The notes beneath the pieces are model-generated. The model had not been told where the DNA came from. It saw only the letters and a program-made list of their open reading frames with translations, and searched no databases. The position numbers and the translations under genes are program-made. DNA of 64,000 nucleotides from Octopus vulgaris (Eukaryota): assembly GCA_951406725.2 (NCBI GenBank), contig OX597833.1:69936001-70000000 (forward strand), given 5' to 3'. Positions 1 to 17,390 of this stretch are shown here, piece by piece. Position 1 is the first letter of the stretch. Each line of letters opens with the position of its first letter.

Positions 1-458
1 AACCATTTTACGATATCTGCGCAGTCAAGTTCTATTTCTCACAATATTTGTGATGAAAACTTCATCCATAACCAAATAGAAGCGTAAAAAATTTTACATT
101 AGTAGCACACATTCACTAAATATGACAGCACGCTTAAATTAATTAAAATCAGTTGATATTACAATTTCTGGTTGACAAACATAATCACTGCAGCTCTATA
201 TTAACCAAGTTTTCTGCAAACTGGAATTAAATGAGTGAGGGAGTGAGACAGAGTGACAGACAGACAGGCTGAGAGACCGGAATAGAGAGAAGAAGCGAGA
301 GAGAGAAAGAGAACGACAGAGAAAACGAAGATAGAAGCTCCAAGTAATAAAGATTTTAATGCTGAGGACGGCTAGGAATGATACGAGTCAAACATTGAGT
401 TTCAGCACTGTGGTGGCAGCAGAGACCTTACCATGCACACAAAAAATTCTTCAATATA

Positions 459-864
459 GGCGCAGGAGTGGCTGTGTGGTAAGTAGCTTGCTTACCAACC
501 ACATGGTTCCGGGTTCAGTCCCACTGCGTGGCACCTTGGGCAAGTTTTTTCTACTATAGCCTCAGGCCAACCAAAGCCTTGTGAGTGGATTTGGTAGACG
601 GAAACTGAAAGAAGCCCGTCGTATATATGTATATATATATATATGTATATGTGTATGTGTGTGTGTGTTTGTTCCCCTAGCATTGCTTGACAACCGATGC
701 TGGTGTGTTTACGTCCCCGTCACCTAGCGGTTCGGCAAAAGAGACCGATAGAATAAGTACCGGGCTTACAAAGAATAAGTCCCGGGGTCGATTTGCTCGA
801 CTAAAGGCGGTGCTCCAGCATGGCCGCAGTCAAATGACTGAAACAAGTAAAATAGTAAAGAGAG
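459..864 (+). mobile_element. tRNA-derived SINE family 1 (CORE-like block, internal TA/TG microsatellite), full length
   Basis: A-box tggctgtgtgg, B-box ggttcagtccc, ccttgggcaagt block, tail ggcggtgctccagcatggccgcagtcaaatgactgaaac; more than 12 copies in the window. Confidence 0.9.
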
Positions 865-1142
865 TGTATATGTGTGTGTGCATATGTGCGTGAGTGTTGG
901 GGGTATGTAGATTAGCTGTTAAAATATCAATTATAAAAAAAAAGGAAGCATAAAAGTCTTGATTAGAGCAATGGATGTAATTGCTGCTGAAATATCCAAA
1001 TTATGACTGAGTTACTCTTTTATTTCACGCGGGAGGAGTGTGTTAATGAAGGAAAATTTATTAAATTGATTTGAGATACGGTTGGAAAGTTGACTATTAT
1101 CGAAAATAAACTTGTAATATATTCTTTCTTTCTCTGTATATA

Positions 1143-1718
1143 TTGGGCTGGCAGATAAGTTCCCTCCGTTTTTTAAATTTGGGAATTTATTGCGATTTTA
1201 AATTTTGGAATCTATTTTTTTCGGAAATTCTATTTTTTAGTCCTTTTGGAATCTGTTTTTTTTTTTCTGTAGTTAATTTTAGTGAATTTTTTGTTTATTT
1301 TCAAATCATTAAAATGGAATTTCAAGTTAAGAAAAACGTGCATTTTCGACACCTCCTTTATTTTGCTTTTAATCAAGGCTCTAAGGCTGCAAAATCTGCT
1401 TGCGACGTTTGTGCTGTGTTTGGAGAGGGTGTCAAAGCTGAAAGAACCGCTCGTGACTGGTATGCCAAGTTCAAAAATTGAAATTTTGACCTCAAAGACT
1501 CACCTCGTTATGGCCATCCTCGTCAAACGATAAGGAAACTAGCAGAGAAAATGGATTGCTCCCACACTGCTATAGAGAAGCATCTTGTTGAACGTTGGGA
1601 TGAAGTTGTAAACAACAAGGGTGAAAATATTATTGATTAATTAGTTGTTATCTTTTATTAAACCTTTTAAAAATTTAAATTTAAAAACGAAACAGTGGAA
1701 ACTTAGTTGCCAACCCTA
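1143..1718 (+). mobile_element. Internally deleted mariner element with both TIRs and TA target duplication
   Basis: TIRs ttgggctggcagataagttcc / ggaaacttagttgccaacccta. Transposase N-terminus (MEFQVKKNVHFRH..ERTARDWYAKFK) from 1314 is fused to the C-terminus (LVERWDEVVNNKGENIID*, stop at 1640); the catalytic domain is missing. Confidence 0.9.
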
Positions 1719-1813
1719 TATATACACATGTGTTTGTTTCCTGAGCGTTATACTAATACATCAGTTTGTTTTGTACACCCCCTGTCTTAGTGTTTTGGTT
1801 TTTCGTAAACTCT

Positions 1814-1865
<52 letters not shown>

Positions 1866-1875
1866 CTATAAATAT

Positions 1876-2051
1876 TTTACAAGTTTCAGTCATTTGAATG
1901 CGGACATGCTACAGCGCGGCGTTTAGGCAAACAAATCGGCCCCAGGACTTTAGTACTTATTGTATCGGCGTATTTTGACGAAACCCCTAAGTTATGGTTG
2001 ACATAAACACACCAACATCGGTTGTCAAACGATGATGGGGGAACAAACCCA

Positions 2052-2096
<45 letters not shown>

Positions 2097-2250
2097 GACG
2101 GGCTTATTCCATTTTCCGTATACCAAATCCACTGTGAAGGCTTTCGTTGCTCCTAATCTGTAGTAACAGACACCTGCCAAAGGCTGCACGTAGTTGGACT
2201 GAACCCGGAACCATGTGGTTGGGAAGCAAGTTTCTTAGCCACTCCTGCGC
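1876..2250 (-). mobile_element. SINE family 1, diverged
   Basis: Reverse-complement similarity to 459-864. Confidence 0.8.
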
Positions 2251-2257
2251 TTACATA

Positions 2258-2363
<106 letters not shown>

Positions 2364-4336
2364 TATATTTGTATATATATATATATTATTATTATTATTA
2401 TTATTATTATTTAATATTGTTTTTATTATTGTTGTTGTTGTTGTTATTATATCTAAATGCCTCTAAAGGAGAGATACGGCATCCGTACTGGGTATTAATA
2501 TTTATTACCAAACTAATGTGGCAGAAAAATTGGACGAATGCTACCGTTGATTAACACCGGGAGGCGATCGCCTCTAGCTAGCTATGTGACACACAAATCT
2601 GCCTACATACACACACACGCGCGCATGAACACACGCACACACACACTCACACATACATATATATATAATATATAGGTATGTGTGTGTGTGTACACTAAGA
2701 TAAAATAAAATGACATTATTCATATATATATATATATATATATATACATTTATATACGCAGATAGAAGTATTAATGCCTGTGTGTCTATCCATACATATA
2801 TATACATGTTTGGGTGTACGCAGCGCATCTGTATGTATACATGTATGTATGTATGGACACACATAATGACAGCTATAAATCATAGATAGATTAAATTAAA
2901 ATAAAATATTATAGATATAACTGATTCCAATATAAAATTATCAAGTGGTTCTATCTAGGACGAAGTGAATTAATATTTTATAAAATTGCCGAGCGGTGTA
3001 TCAACGAAATTGACTAAATATCAGGGGCACCAGCTGTACTTTACGGTGGTAACGTTCGGAGTTCAAATACGTGTTTGATCGCCATTTTATTGTATCTTTC
3101 AAGTCTCGATAAAATGAAGCGTTATTCAAATGGAAATGTTTGGAGCTAAGAAAATCAGTTTTATAGTTATGTATTTCTAGATTCGATTTTCAATCCTACT
3201 GTGAGACATATTCCAGATTTGTGTTGAGAGCTAACGAAAAGTTTATAAAAGTGCCTGGTGTGAAGACACTCATATATGCTTATATGTGAGTGTGTGTGTG
3301 TGTGTGTAGTGTGTGTGTGTGTGTGTGTGTGTGTGTTAGTGTGTATTAGTGTGTGTGTGTGTGCGTTAATGTGTGTTAGTGTGTGTGTGTTTGTGTATAT
3401 GTGTGTGTTCCTATATGTACGTAAATATATACGTGTGTTCGTAAATATATGAACGTGTGCATGTATGTATTGAAATGTTTGTGTTACATGTATGTATATT
3501 AATGTTTGTAAGTATATACTTATACATATTATGTGTGTATGTGCGTGCGCTTGTATTTGTGTGTGCGTGTGTAATTGCATGCTCGGGAATATGGCTATAC
3601 CTTTCATCTATCTTATTAGGGAAGTGTATAAACATATGATGGAAAAAGGACAATCGGGGCCTCATTGCATTTATAATTTCCGTTGAGATATTTGGTTTGG
3701 ATCTTGTTATTGACACTTACAGTTCCAGTTGACATTGCAAGACACCATAGAATTATTGAATATAAGGAACTACATATATACCGAGAACTCTAATGACTCT
3801 AAAGGCACGATAGCAACAACCCGCTATGCGTTACAAACAGGCAAAAGCAGTTGTCGATCAGAAACATCATGTATCAGCCTAATCTATTTTGTAGATATCA
3901 GTGAAACATGAAGGAAAATTAAAGTAATTTAAACATACCTTTAAAGACAGTTTCTTACAACACAGATATACATTCGTGAACTCAGGAACACGTTACACAT
4001 TCTCAAAGCAAAATATATGTTGTTTCATTTGCGTCAGATGACTGAGATTAAAAGGTAAAAGTTACAAGTGAACTTCAAAGATAATATTTAGAGGTACTAT
4101 TTCGATTCAGTTTTGTTACCGTTGTTGTTCTTGTAAACGTTCCTTCATATCCTAGTAATGATACAGTAAATAAAATATCTTTTCTGTTGGTATACCGATC
4201 ACTATTTTATAACGTGGAAATTCATTTCTTATAAAGCAGTGACGTAATTAGCGTAAGATTGGAATATAACATAACATGTGTGTTCGTAAATACATGAACG
4301 TGTACAGATATGTATTGAAATGTTTGTGTTACATGT

Positions 4337-4577
4337 TTTTTTTTTGTTTTTTTTTTTTTTTGTACTTGTTTCAGTCATTTGACTGCGGCCATGCTGGAGC
4401 ACCGCCTGTAGAGTGGTGTAAGAGTACAGCAGGGATCACCACCATCCCCTGCCGGAGCCTCGTGGAGCTTTTAGGTGTTTTCGCTCAATAAACACACACA
4501 ACGCCCGGTCTGGGAATCGAAACCGCGATCCTCCGACCGCAAGTCCGCTGCCCTAACCACTGGGCCATTGCGCCTCC
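4337..4577 (-). mobile_element. Chimeric SINE insertion (family 3 head, family 1 tail, poly-A)
   Basis: Flanked by CATGT duplication; empty paralogous site near 3487. Confidence 0.8.
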
Positions 4578-4776
4578 ATGTATGTATATTAATGTTTGTA
4601 AGTATATACTTATACATATTATGTTTGTATGTGCGTGTGCGTGTGTGATTGTATGCTCGGGAATATGGTTATATCTTTCATCTATCGTATTAGAGAAGTA
4701 ATATATGTGTGTGTGCGTGTGTGTGTGTGCGTGTGTGTGTGTGTGTGTGTGTGCGTTTATATATATACATGTGTGA

Positions 4777-4824
<48 letters not shown>

Positions 4825-5197
4825 ATCAGATTTAACAAATAAGTAAAATGAAAACTATGCTGAATCGTTGCAGTGTTTAAAATGAAATGGCCAAGAGCAA
4901 ATAAGATGGCGAAGAGCAAAGAATCGAAACCAGGATCGTAGTTTCCCGAGAATTTCATTGACGACCCGGACGATTATTGACAAAATTTTATCACGGTTTA
5001 TTAAAAGAGTCTGTTTCTGCTGTCGTTAGACGTAATCATAGGCTGCATTATTAGTATATCGGAAGCAAAATATATGATATTCGAACGGAATGAAAAGCTA
5101 TATATTAAATCTATAAACAAAAATAGATTGTTTTTTTTTTCACATATACAGACATAAGAGAGAGATCAGAAAACATACTGTTTATATACACACACAT

Positions 5198-5272
<75 letters not shown>

Positions 5273-5397
5273 GGTGTATCTATATAAACATATATGTATA
5301 CATATCATACACACTCATGTATATATATGTACATACATATATATAAGGTAATATATGTATATATATGTATGTATATATGTATATATATATATGTACG

Positions 5398-5436
<39 letters not shown>

Positions 5437-5745
5437 AATATACACTATATAGTACATAAATACCACGTTATAAAGTAAACAAATGCTTATTTATAGATAT
5501 ATATAGAGGAGAGGGCGAGACAGAAGGAGAGACAGGAAAAGAAAGAAAAATTTGTAGATATTTAGATAAGACAAAAAATATTGAAAATATATATCAAAAT
5601 AACGAAGATTTTTTTTTTCTTTTTATTTCCTAAGTACGGCACCCAGTATAATTATAGTTAAGCCAATCATTTTCTTTTTTTCATTCTAATTTTCTATTTT
5701 AAAACCAAAACGCCATGTTTCACAATATATAAATACAAACATACG

Positions 5746-5799
<54 letters not shown>

Positions 5800-5955
5800 T
5801 ATAAATATATATATGTGTGTGTGTATGTGTATGAGAGAGAGGGAGATATGCGGATGAAATTGCGTGTATGTGTGATTCCACATGTATGCGTCTTCATAAA
5901 TATGCTACACTTATATATTTATATTTACATATGTATGTATATATATATATATATA

Positions 5956-6377
5956 TTTACTCTCTTTTACTCTTTTTACTTGTTTCAGTCATTTGACTGC
6001 GGCCATGCTGGAGCACCGCCTTTAGTCGAGCAAATCGACCCCGGGACTTATTCTTTGTAAGCCCAGTACTTATTCTATCGGTCTCTTTTGCCGAACCGCT
6101 AAGTGATGGGGACGTAAACACACCAGCATCGGTTGACAAGCAATGCTAGGGGGACAAACACAGACACACAATCACATACACACACAGACATACATATATA
6201 TATATACATATATACGACAGGCTTCTTTCAGTTTCCGTCTACCAAATCCACTCACAAGGCATTGGTCGGCCCGGGGCTATAGCAGAAGACACTTGCCCAA
6301 GATGCCACGCAGTGGGATTGAACACGGAACCGTACGGTTGGTTAGCAAGCTACTTACCACACAGCCACTCCTGCGCC
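5956..6377 (-). mobile_element. SINE family 1, full length
   Basis: High similarity to 459-864. Confidence 0.9.
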
Positions 6378-6380
6378 TTA

Positions 6381-6451
<71 letters not shown>

Positions 6452-6951
6452 TATGTATATATTTTCATACATATATTTATATACATACATATATATATAC
6501 ATATATATATATATGTATGTATATACATATATATATATACATAAATATGTGTATATATATATATATATATACATAAATATATATATACATAGATATGTGT
6601 ATATATATATATATGTGTGTGCTCAAAGACACACACACCGCACTCCCACAGGCACCCACTCGCACGCCCCCCCCCCCCGACACACACACACATACACACA
6701 TTTATAGATGTAGAAGCACATAAGAGAGGAGGCTTGAGTGCGGTCGTAAGCTGATATGTTTGTGTCCCTCAAGATTTAAAAAAACAACAAAGAATCAACT
6801 GATTGACTGGCGTGACTACAATGATAATTATACAGAGTGGAATTCTTTTAAAAATATATATATCTAATTTTTAGATATAACCTATATAGATACATTCATA
6901 CATATGTCTATGTGTGCATATATGCAAGTATTTTTGTATGTGTGTACCTGT

Positions 6952-6992
<41 letters not shown>

Positions 6993-7207
6993 CAACTGTC
7001 TCTTTTTGTTTGTGTTTGTTGCGTGTGTGGGGGGAGGTGTCTGTGTGTTTGTTTGTGCGTTTTTGTTTCGGCCCTGTCAATATGACGGCTTTCGCTATTT
7101 TAAAATATCATTCCGATAGTCTGGCACAAAAATATAGGTAATAAAACACGTCTGATATTCCATCATATGTATAAACAGACACATAGTTCAATAGATATCG
7201 TAAATGG

Positions 7208-7239
<32 letters not shown>

Positions 7240-7635
7240 TCATAATAGATTGATGATAGACAGGCAGATGAAAAGATAGATAAAGAGAGACAGATAAAGA
7301 GAGAGAGAGAGAGAGATACGTACATACATATTCAGATTGACAGATAGACAAACAAACAAACAGATAGACAGATAGATTGTTACATTCATACATATACAAA
7401 AATTGATTGTTGCTTAAATTATAATCGAATATACCGTTCACAATTATATTTTGAGTCTCTTAAGAGGTGTTTATAGAAATCGTTGTATATTTAATAGAGG
7501 TAAATGCTAGTGAGTTTACTTAATCATATATTTATTCCGTCAAGTGGAATGGATACTGCACCAGAGTTGTTCAGATGTTATATTTTTGGCTTCACAATCA
7601 TATACCGAAGAAACTGTCGGATTTATACGTATGAA

Positions 7636-7672
<37 letters not shown>

Positions 7673-7796
7673 CAATTTAGGAATGGCCTTAACAGGCCAT
7701 TCGTCCACTAGACAGAGCAGCCATAACTCTAACCGCAAAGTAATATAATTCGGAAATAGGTGAAAAATTAAAAACGTTTACCCTAATTCATCTTTT

Positions 7797-7838
<42 letters not shown>

Positions 7839-7841
7839 TAT

Positions 7842-7926
<85 letters not shown>

Positions 7927-7929
7927 ACT

Positions 7930-8096
7930 TTCTGGTTGCTTCCCAATCACATGCATCCAGATTTAGCCCCACTACGTGGCACCTTAGGTAAATATCTTCT
8001 TTTATAGCCTCGGGCCGACCAAAGCCTTGTGAGTGGATTTGGTGGAGGCAAACTGAAAGAAGCCCGTCGTATGTATAAATGTATATACATATAATA

Positions 8097-8146
<50 letters not shown>

Positions 8147-8350
8147 TGTAGTTGTGTGTCTTTGTTTGTCCCTCCACTATCGCTTGATAACCGATCTTAG
8201 TGTGCTTAGTCCCCGTAACTTAGCTGTTCGGCATAGAGACCGATAGAATAAATACTAGGCTTACAAAGAATAAGTCCTGGAGTTTATTTGTTCTACTAAA
8301 GGTGTGCCCCAGCATGGCCTCAGTCAAAACACTGAAAAAGTAAGAGAAAA
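7930..8350 (+). mobile_element. SINE family 1, 5'-damaged
   Basis: Body and tail match 459-864. Confidence 0.85.
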
Positions 8351-8373
8351 AATATCTATAAATTCATATGTAT

Positions 8374-8466
<93 letters not shown>

Positions 8467-8528
8467 ACTACATACGTATATACATAAATCCTTAAAATCC
8501 ACCGTTGAAATATAGTATATTATAAAAG

Positions 8529-8579
<51 letters not shown>

Positions 8580-9381
8580 GCGATCATATCGGTTGTATAG
8601 CTCTATACATATGCGAGCTCGTATGTTCGCGTGCGTCCGTGTGTGTGTGAGTGTTTGCATGAGAGTGTGTGTGTGTGCGTGTGTATGTGTGAATATATGA
8701 ACACATGTTTACAAACGTGTAATCATGCCAACATGCATATGTAAATATGTGACTACATCTTCGTCTTCCGTTTTAAGAATACCTATGAAGATGATATTTA
8801 TTCTTTTTTAAGCCAGACCCTTCCTTTTCTACGACTTAGTCTATGTAGTTTCTTCTCCTCTTCTTTTATCTCTGCACCTCTCATTATTCCTGACACGTCT
8901 GTCAGTACATCTTCCCACACCTCTTCTTCCTTCCACGCTATTTCACTGTGCATATGCCTTGCTACGTATTGATCATGAGGCTACCTATCATTTTTGTAAA
9001 GATGCTTTATGTTTGTGTATGTATATATATATTTATATATACATACACAGACACACACACATGTATACTGTTTGGTTTTCCTATCGCTAAGTGTAAGTAA
9101 GCCATGACTGTTTTTCTTAATGATATGGAATTTGCATATATATATATACATACATAAACATATATGTGTGTGTATGTATATATAAATATGTATATATATA
9201 TTATATATATGCATGTACGTATATACATACATATATAAATATATATATATTCTTTTTTCCTTTTTTTCTTTTATAAAGTTTCAGCTCAGAACTGCGGCCC
9301 TGCTGATGCACCGCAATGTATGTATAATTATCACAAAGGATTGGCAATATACTTCTCCATGTATGATGTTATCCCTTATTG

Positions 9382-9412
<31 letters not shown>

Positions 9413-9445
9413 GTATGTATATATATATAAATATATATATATATG

Positions 9446-9536
<91 letters not shown>

Positions 9537-9538
<2 letters not shown>

Positions 9539-9692
9539 CCAATTGAAATAACGAACACTAAATTAACAGACAAGAGTCCTTGCACAACGAATGCATTAGT
9601 TTAACGGTCAGTAAAAAGAGAAGATTCTCGACGTTTTGAGCATAGCTTTTCGTCCGAGAGTAGAAAAGGAAGGGTCCAGTGACGGAAAGGGA
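9537..9692 (-). mobile_element. Related (TA)n-abutting fragment with decayed hammerhead
   Basis: Minus strand CGGACGA-A-AAGC TAT GCTC-AAAA-CG-TC followed by a T-rich tail into (TA)n; same layout as 18951-19155. Confidence 0.4.
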
Positions 9693-10244
9693 ACCCCCAT
9701 CAGCCCGTATGGGATAAATTTAAACTCGGAACGTAATTAACAAGTCAGAATAAAAACCGCAATGCAATCTGCTCAACGCTGACAATTCGGCTCTCTCGCT
9801 AATCGGTGTTTCTTATATATTTGTTTCTATTTGGCAAAAGCCAGCAAGTTTTAGGGAAGAGAGCTAGCCAATTACATTGGCCCTAGAGCTCGTCTTGTAC
9901 TTTACGATATTGAACCGGAAGTATCTCACGGGAAGTTGACCTGAGCGGGATATGATCTCAGGCCATATTTAATTGGAAGGAATAATGTTCGGTGTCTTAT
10001 CCGACGCTATAGTGATACTAACATTTCAACGCTTGGTGTGTATTGTATAAAGTCATGTAACAGAAGCACATGGCCTCACATGGAAAGCAAAGACAGATGG
10101 TATTTTGTCAAGTTTCCACGGCGCAATCAAAGCTAGAACCACGTTATTGTGAGTCGCATATAATAAAAAGTAAACTCAGCCATTGCATACTTAACAATTT
10201 GAGAACCAAACTATAAAAGAAGCACCCGAAACAATATAGATATA

Positions 10245-10830
10245 GGCGTAGGGTATATGGTATGAAGTTTTCTTCTGAACCACATGGTTCTGGGTTCAGT
10301 CTCATAACGTGGCCCCTGGGCCAAGTGTCTTCTACTATAGCCTCGGGCTGAACAAAGTCTTGTGAGTGGATTTTGGTAGACGGAAACTGAAAGAAGCCCG
10401 TTGTATATTCACATATGCGCGTGTGTGAGTATGTATGCTTATGTGTTTGTGTGTGTTGTGATGTGTATGTGTTGTGTCATGTGTGTTGTGATGTGTGTGT
10501 ATGTGTTTTGTGATGTGCGTGTGTTGTGTGTGTGTGTGTTGTGATGTGTGTGTGTGTTGTGCTGTGCGTGTGTTGTGATGTGTGTGTGTGTTGTGATGTG
10601 TGTGTGTTGTGATGCGTCTTTGTGTCTGTGAATGTCCCCCACTATTGTTTGAGAACCAGTAGTGTATTGTTTCCGTTCCCGTAACTTAACGGTTCGGTTT
10701 TAAGGGGACCGATTTAATAAGTACCAGTTTTTAAAACGAAATAAAGACTAGAGTTCATTTGTTTGACTAAACTGTTCAAGGCAGTGCACCAGCTTGGCCG
10801 CTGTCTAATTACTGACACAAGTAAAAGACG
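10245..10830 (+). mobile_element. SINE family 1, diverged, with internal (GTGTTGTGAT)-type repeat expansion
   Basis: Head, body and tail recognisable. Confidence 0.8.
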
Positions 10831-11453
10831 AAAGGAGAGATAAAAACTGAATTCCTGTTGCACGACACGAACTCACGAGTCTTTCCTTTCTAAACCTGTT
10901 GCATTATGGGTAACGCTAGCTGAAATGCGAATCTTTTATTTATTTATTTATATATTTGCGGATTTATTCGTGAATTGCATTTAATTTCGATTCAAGCGAG
11001 ATTATTTTTTTTTTAAATATTTAGTTCGTCATTATTGCAGCATTAAATTCCCTATTAATAATTTCTATTTCAAAAGAATATTAAAGTGAATTAAACATTT
11101 GACATTCTCTTCATTTATATTTTTTTTTTTACTATTTGCATGTTTATTTTTTTTTTCTGTTTTTGGTTTTTGATTTTTCATCTTGACTTTGCATTTTATA
11201 ATCCTACTTGATTAAGTTTATAAATTTATTACAATAAAATAAATTACACAAATACACACTCATACGCGCATACACACATCATATATGCATGCACACCCGC
11301 GGAAATAGACAAAGAGACATACACAGATATACAAACTTATTTACGCATCTATCTTAGTATATATATATTTATATTTGTGTATATATATATATATGTGTAT
11401 ATATATATATAGATCTATATATATGTGTGTGTATATATATATATAGATATATA

Positions 11454-11489
<36 letters not shown>

Positions 11490-11665
11490 TGTATGTATGT
11501 ATGTATGTATGTATGTATATGTATGTATGTATATGTATGTATGTATATATATGTGTGTATGTATATATATTTATATATGTATGTATGTATATGAATTTAT
11601 ATATGTATGTATGTATATAAATTTATATATGTATCTATGTATATAAATTTATATATGTATCTATG

Positions 11666-11710
<45 letters not shown>

Positions 11711-12876
11711 ATATATATATACACACACACACACACACATGTAGATGTGCGTATGTATTCATATATGCATTTTCTATATGTATAAATATATGCAGTCATG
11801 TACATAGGTGTGTTTGAAGTGTGTTTGTGCGTATGTGCGTGTGTACGTATGCGTGTGTCTGCTCGTGTGTGTGTATGTGTGTACGTGCGTGTGTTTGAGT
11901 GTGTGCATGTGTGTATGTGCGTGTGTTTGTGTGTATATGCGTGTATGTGCGTATGTTTGTGTGTGTGTATGTGTGCAAGCTGTCATACTCGCACCTGAAA
12001 TATATATATATATATATATATATACAGAAGTAGAAACTGAAGAGTTTGTACAAATGTCGTAGCATATTGTTTTTTCAGGTGTATATTTTGTTGTATATAT
12101 TTTGTTTTGTTTTATTCCCTCCTTTTAAGCAATCATCGCCGTACTCTCTAACACCAAGACTATCAATCATAACGCCAACTTCTCTTGTTACTAACTGAAA
12201 CACACTAAACGTTATATTTACCTTGTCATGTTCAATATCGAAAATCGAAAGCAAGGGAGGAAAAAAAATTTATGCCAATCTGAAGAATTCAATTGAAATT
12301 TCCGTAATGAATTTAACTCCTAAAGGCCTAAAAATTATTTGAAATTTCAATAATTTTAATGCATATGTCTCTTTAAAATCTGTAGTAATCTAAAATTATA
12401 AAATGAAGTATCATTAAAGAAACGTAGTTAATTGCAGATTTAGGCGTTTGGTAAAATAATTTTCCAACGTCAAGTATTTTGCGAAATAAATGCATTCTTT
12501 GAAGAAGGAATTCAACCAATTTACTTTAAAATGAATACATTTTCATTTCTATTGGAATGTTTTGCTTGCTCTAATTCTTGAGTTAAGAAAGTATAATGTC
12601 TGTAATATCATTTCCGGTTCTCTTAATGATATCTTTAGAGCAATAACAAAAATTTACACATCAGCTATATTGTTTTGAAGGATCGTGTCAGTTTGGTGGC
12701 TTGAATTTCCCGAGAAAACTCAAAACTAATTTGAAGTAAGTAAACCTCAATTAAGGTATGACATCAATAGTATCGAAACTACGTCAAGATCTTCAACCAC
12801 GACTCTTTGCTACAGTTGTTACAGGGAAAAGTTTCCGCAGTTGAGATTTGATCCATTTCGAGGATGCATTAGTAAA

Positions 12877-13263
12877 TCTCTCTATATGTAAAGCTGAAGT
12901 TGTCTGTGTATGGCACGTTTGGTAGCCTTCGACTAACACTATCTCCACGGAGACCCTGCGGCACAAGTTGACCAAAATATAGAGTATGATAGAAGAAGGT
13001 CTGCTCTTCCTTCCGTAGAAAGTTCAAATCGGACTATGTTAACAACAAAAATATTTACATCAAAAAGGTGCTTTTTTTTCTATGAAAATCCCTATTTTTT
13101 ACAATTTTTTGACTGCTCTGTCGCCATTTTTCGGTGTATTTCAACCAGAAAAACGTTCACTTAAAGAGAATAACAAGCTACATAATGCAAAATTTTTACT
13201 TTTCAAAAATTCCTATTCTAAAGGATCGAAACAAACCCGAGCAATGCCAGGCGATACTGCTGG
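12877..13263 (+). mobile_element. Non-autonomous Helitron-like element, about 387 bp
   Basis: A|TCTCTCTATATGTAAAGCTGAAG 5' end; 3' decayed hairpin cccgagcaatgccaggc followed by CTGG|T (CTRR); inserted between A and T with no TSD. Confidence 0.65.
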
Positions 13264-14018
13264 TTTAAGGTAAAATACATTTCAGCTCAGATTATCGCAT
13301 CCTTCATTCAAACACTTATGTGTCTCAGACTGCATCATAAAATGTACCCTCTCCTCTTTTAAGAAAGCAGGATGAGAATTAAGGAACAATGCCTACATAC
13401 CTGAATCTTCAATCGGGAATTACATTTACAGATGTCATCAATTATGTACTGTCATCAGAGAGAGAGGCGAGAAAAGAGAGAGAGAGGCGAGAAAAAGAGA
13501 GAGGGAGAAGAAGAAAGAGAAAGACATAGAGAACAGATTTTGATGCAGTGAGTGTGTGCGTATATGTGCGTGTGTATGTGTGAGAGCGAGAGAGACAGAC
13601 AGACAGACATACAGAGGATGATAGCATGAATAGTGTCCTCTTTCATGAGCCTTTGAACATGCTGCGAAATTTGCACACATGTTCGAGCAATTCATCCTTC
13701 CAGACAACGCAGATCGATTCTATAGCAAACTTTCGATTTTCGTGCTTTACTTCGGGTATATCTAAAACGGGTGGTCGGACTAATCAATCTTTCGGATAGA
13801 TGTTTCATAACAATAAGTTATTGACGAACAGGTTGGTAAAATAAAACAAATATAGGGTAGCAAATCCATATATATATATATATATATATATATATCAATA
13901 ATAGTGATATTTATTACGAACAAGAGGGTTAATAGGACTGCAAAAGAAGTGCTCAAGTAAATGATATGTTAAGTGGATGACCTTAAATTTGTTGTTTGTT
14001 CTACAACCAAAGTTTGTG

Positions 14019-14076
<58 letters not shown>

Positions 14077-14599
14077 GTAAAAAATGAAGTTCGAAAATGC
14101 TGCTGTATTATACAATTTTTAATTTTTATATATACATTATAACATGTTTCAGTTCCTGAAATGAACCTTATCAAAAAAAGTTATATATAAAAAGAGACAG
14201 CTCATGCCGTCAAACACAAGAAATTCATTTATAATACACAACGGAGTCAGACATCTTAGAGTTCATGTATAGTTGATATATAGTTCATGTATAGTTGATA
14301 TATATTGTTTGAAGTATATTTCAAAGTGTTCGATGCAGTGGCCCACGGTGGCGATACGTATTCAATACAAAAAACAGATCAAAGTGGTGGAAAGCGGTCA
14401 ATACAGAAGATTGATGTTTCCGAAAGAGCGAGGAATTCATTTTTACCTTAAGCAATTGTGATGACCCATGGTGGAAGTTCGCTGGGTGGTTCATATATAT
14501 ATATGTGCATATATGTTTTGCTTTCGTCTTTCTCAATTTACATTTTTGTATAAAAACTCTGTATATTTAAGATTATATGTATAATTAGAATTATATATA

Positions 14600-14797
14600 T
14601 AGATAAACTTAGATATGTTTCGACAAAAGATTGGTCCAGGCCATGTGTAACTTAATAGCACCACCTGATAGGATTATTCGAATCCTGTTTAAGTCAAGTT
14701 TTGTTCAAGTAGTGAGTTCTTGTTGGGTGAGTTGTATCCAATTATGGGTAGCTTATCTGGTATTCTTTGAAGGAATCTATCCAGACTCCGTTTAGAA
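14600..14797 (-). mobile_element. 3' end of a CR1/L2-group LINE
   Basis: Encodes [31 protein letters not shown] (FKxxLDxFLxxIPD..GY..NSL C-terminal pattern), then a short 3' UTR with a stem-loop ending GAAAC. Confidence 0.55.
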
Positions 14798-14853
14798 TTA
14801 TATATATATATATATATACATGTATATAAAGTTACATATATACATGTACATAA

Positions 14854-14915
<62 letters not shown>

Positions 14916-15050
14916 GCATACAGACATACATTTATGAATATATATATGTATAAACACAAACACACAGAATAAAATGTTCTGTTTTCATCGTAACACTTAG
15001 AGAATTTTCAATTCTTAAACTTCCGTATCCTCACCAAAATATTTCGTCGC

Positions 15051-17390
<2,340 letters not shown>

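Noticed and set aside
459-530. tRNA gene calls for SINE heads
   Set aside because: A and B boxes are present but there is no full cloverleaf, and they continue into SINE bodies.
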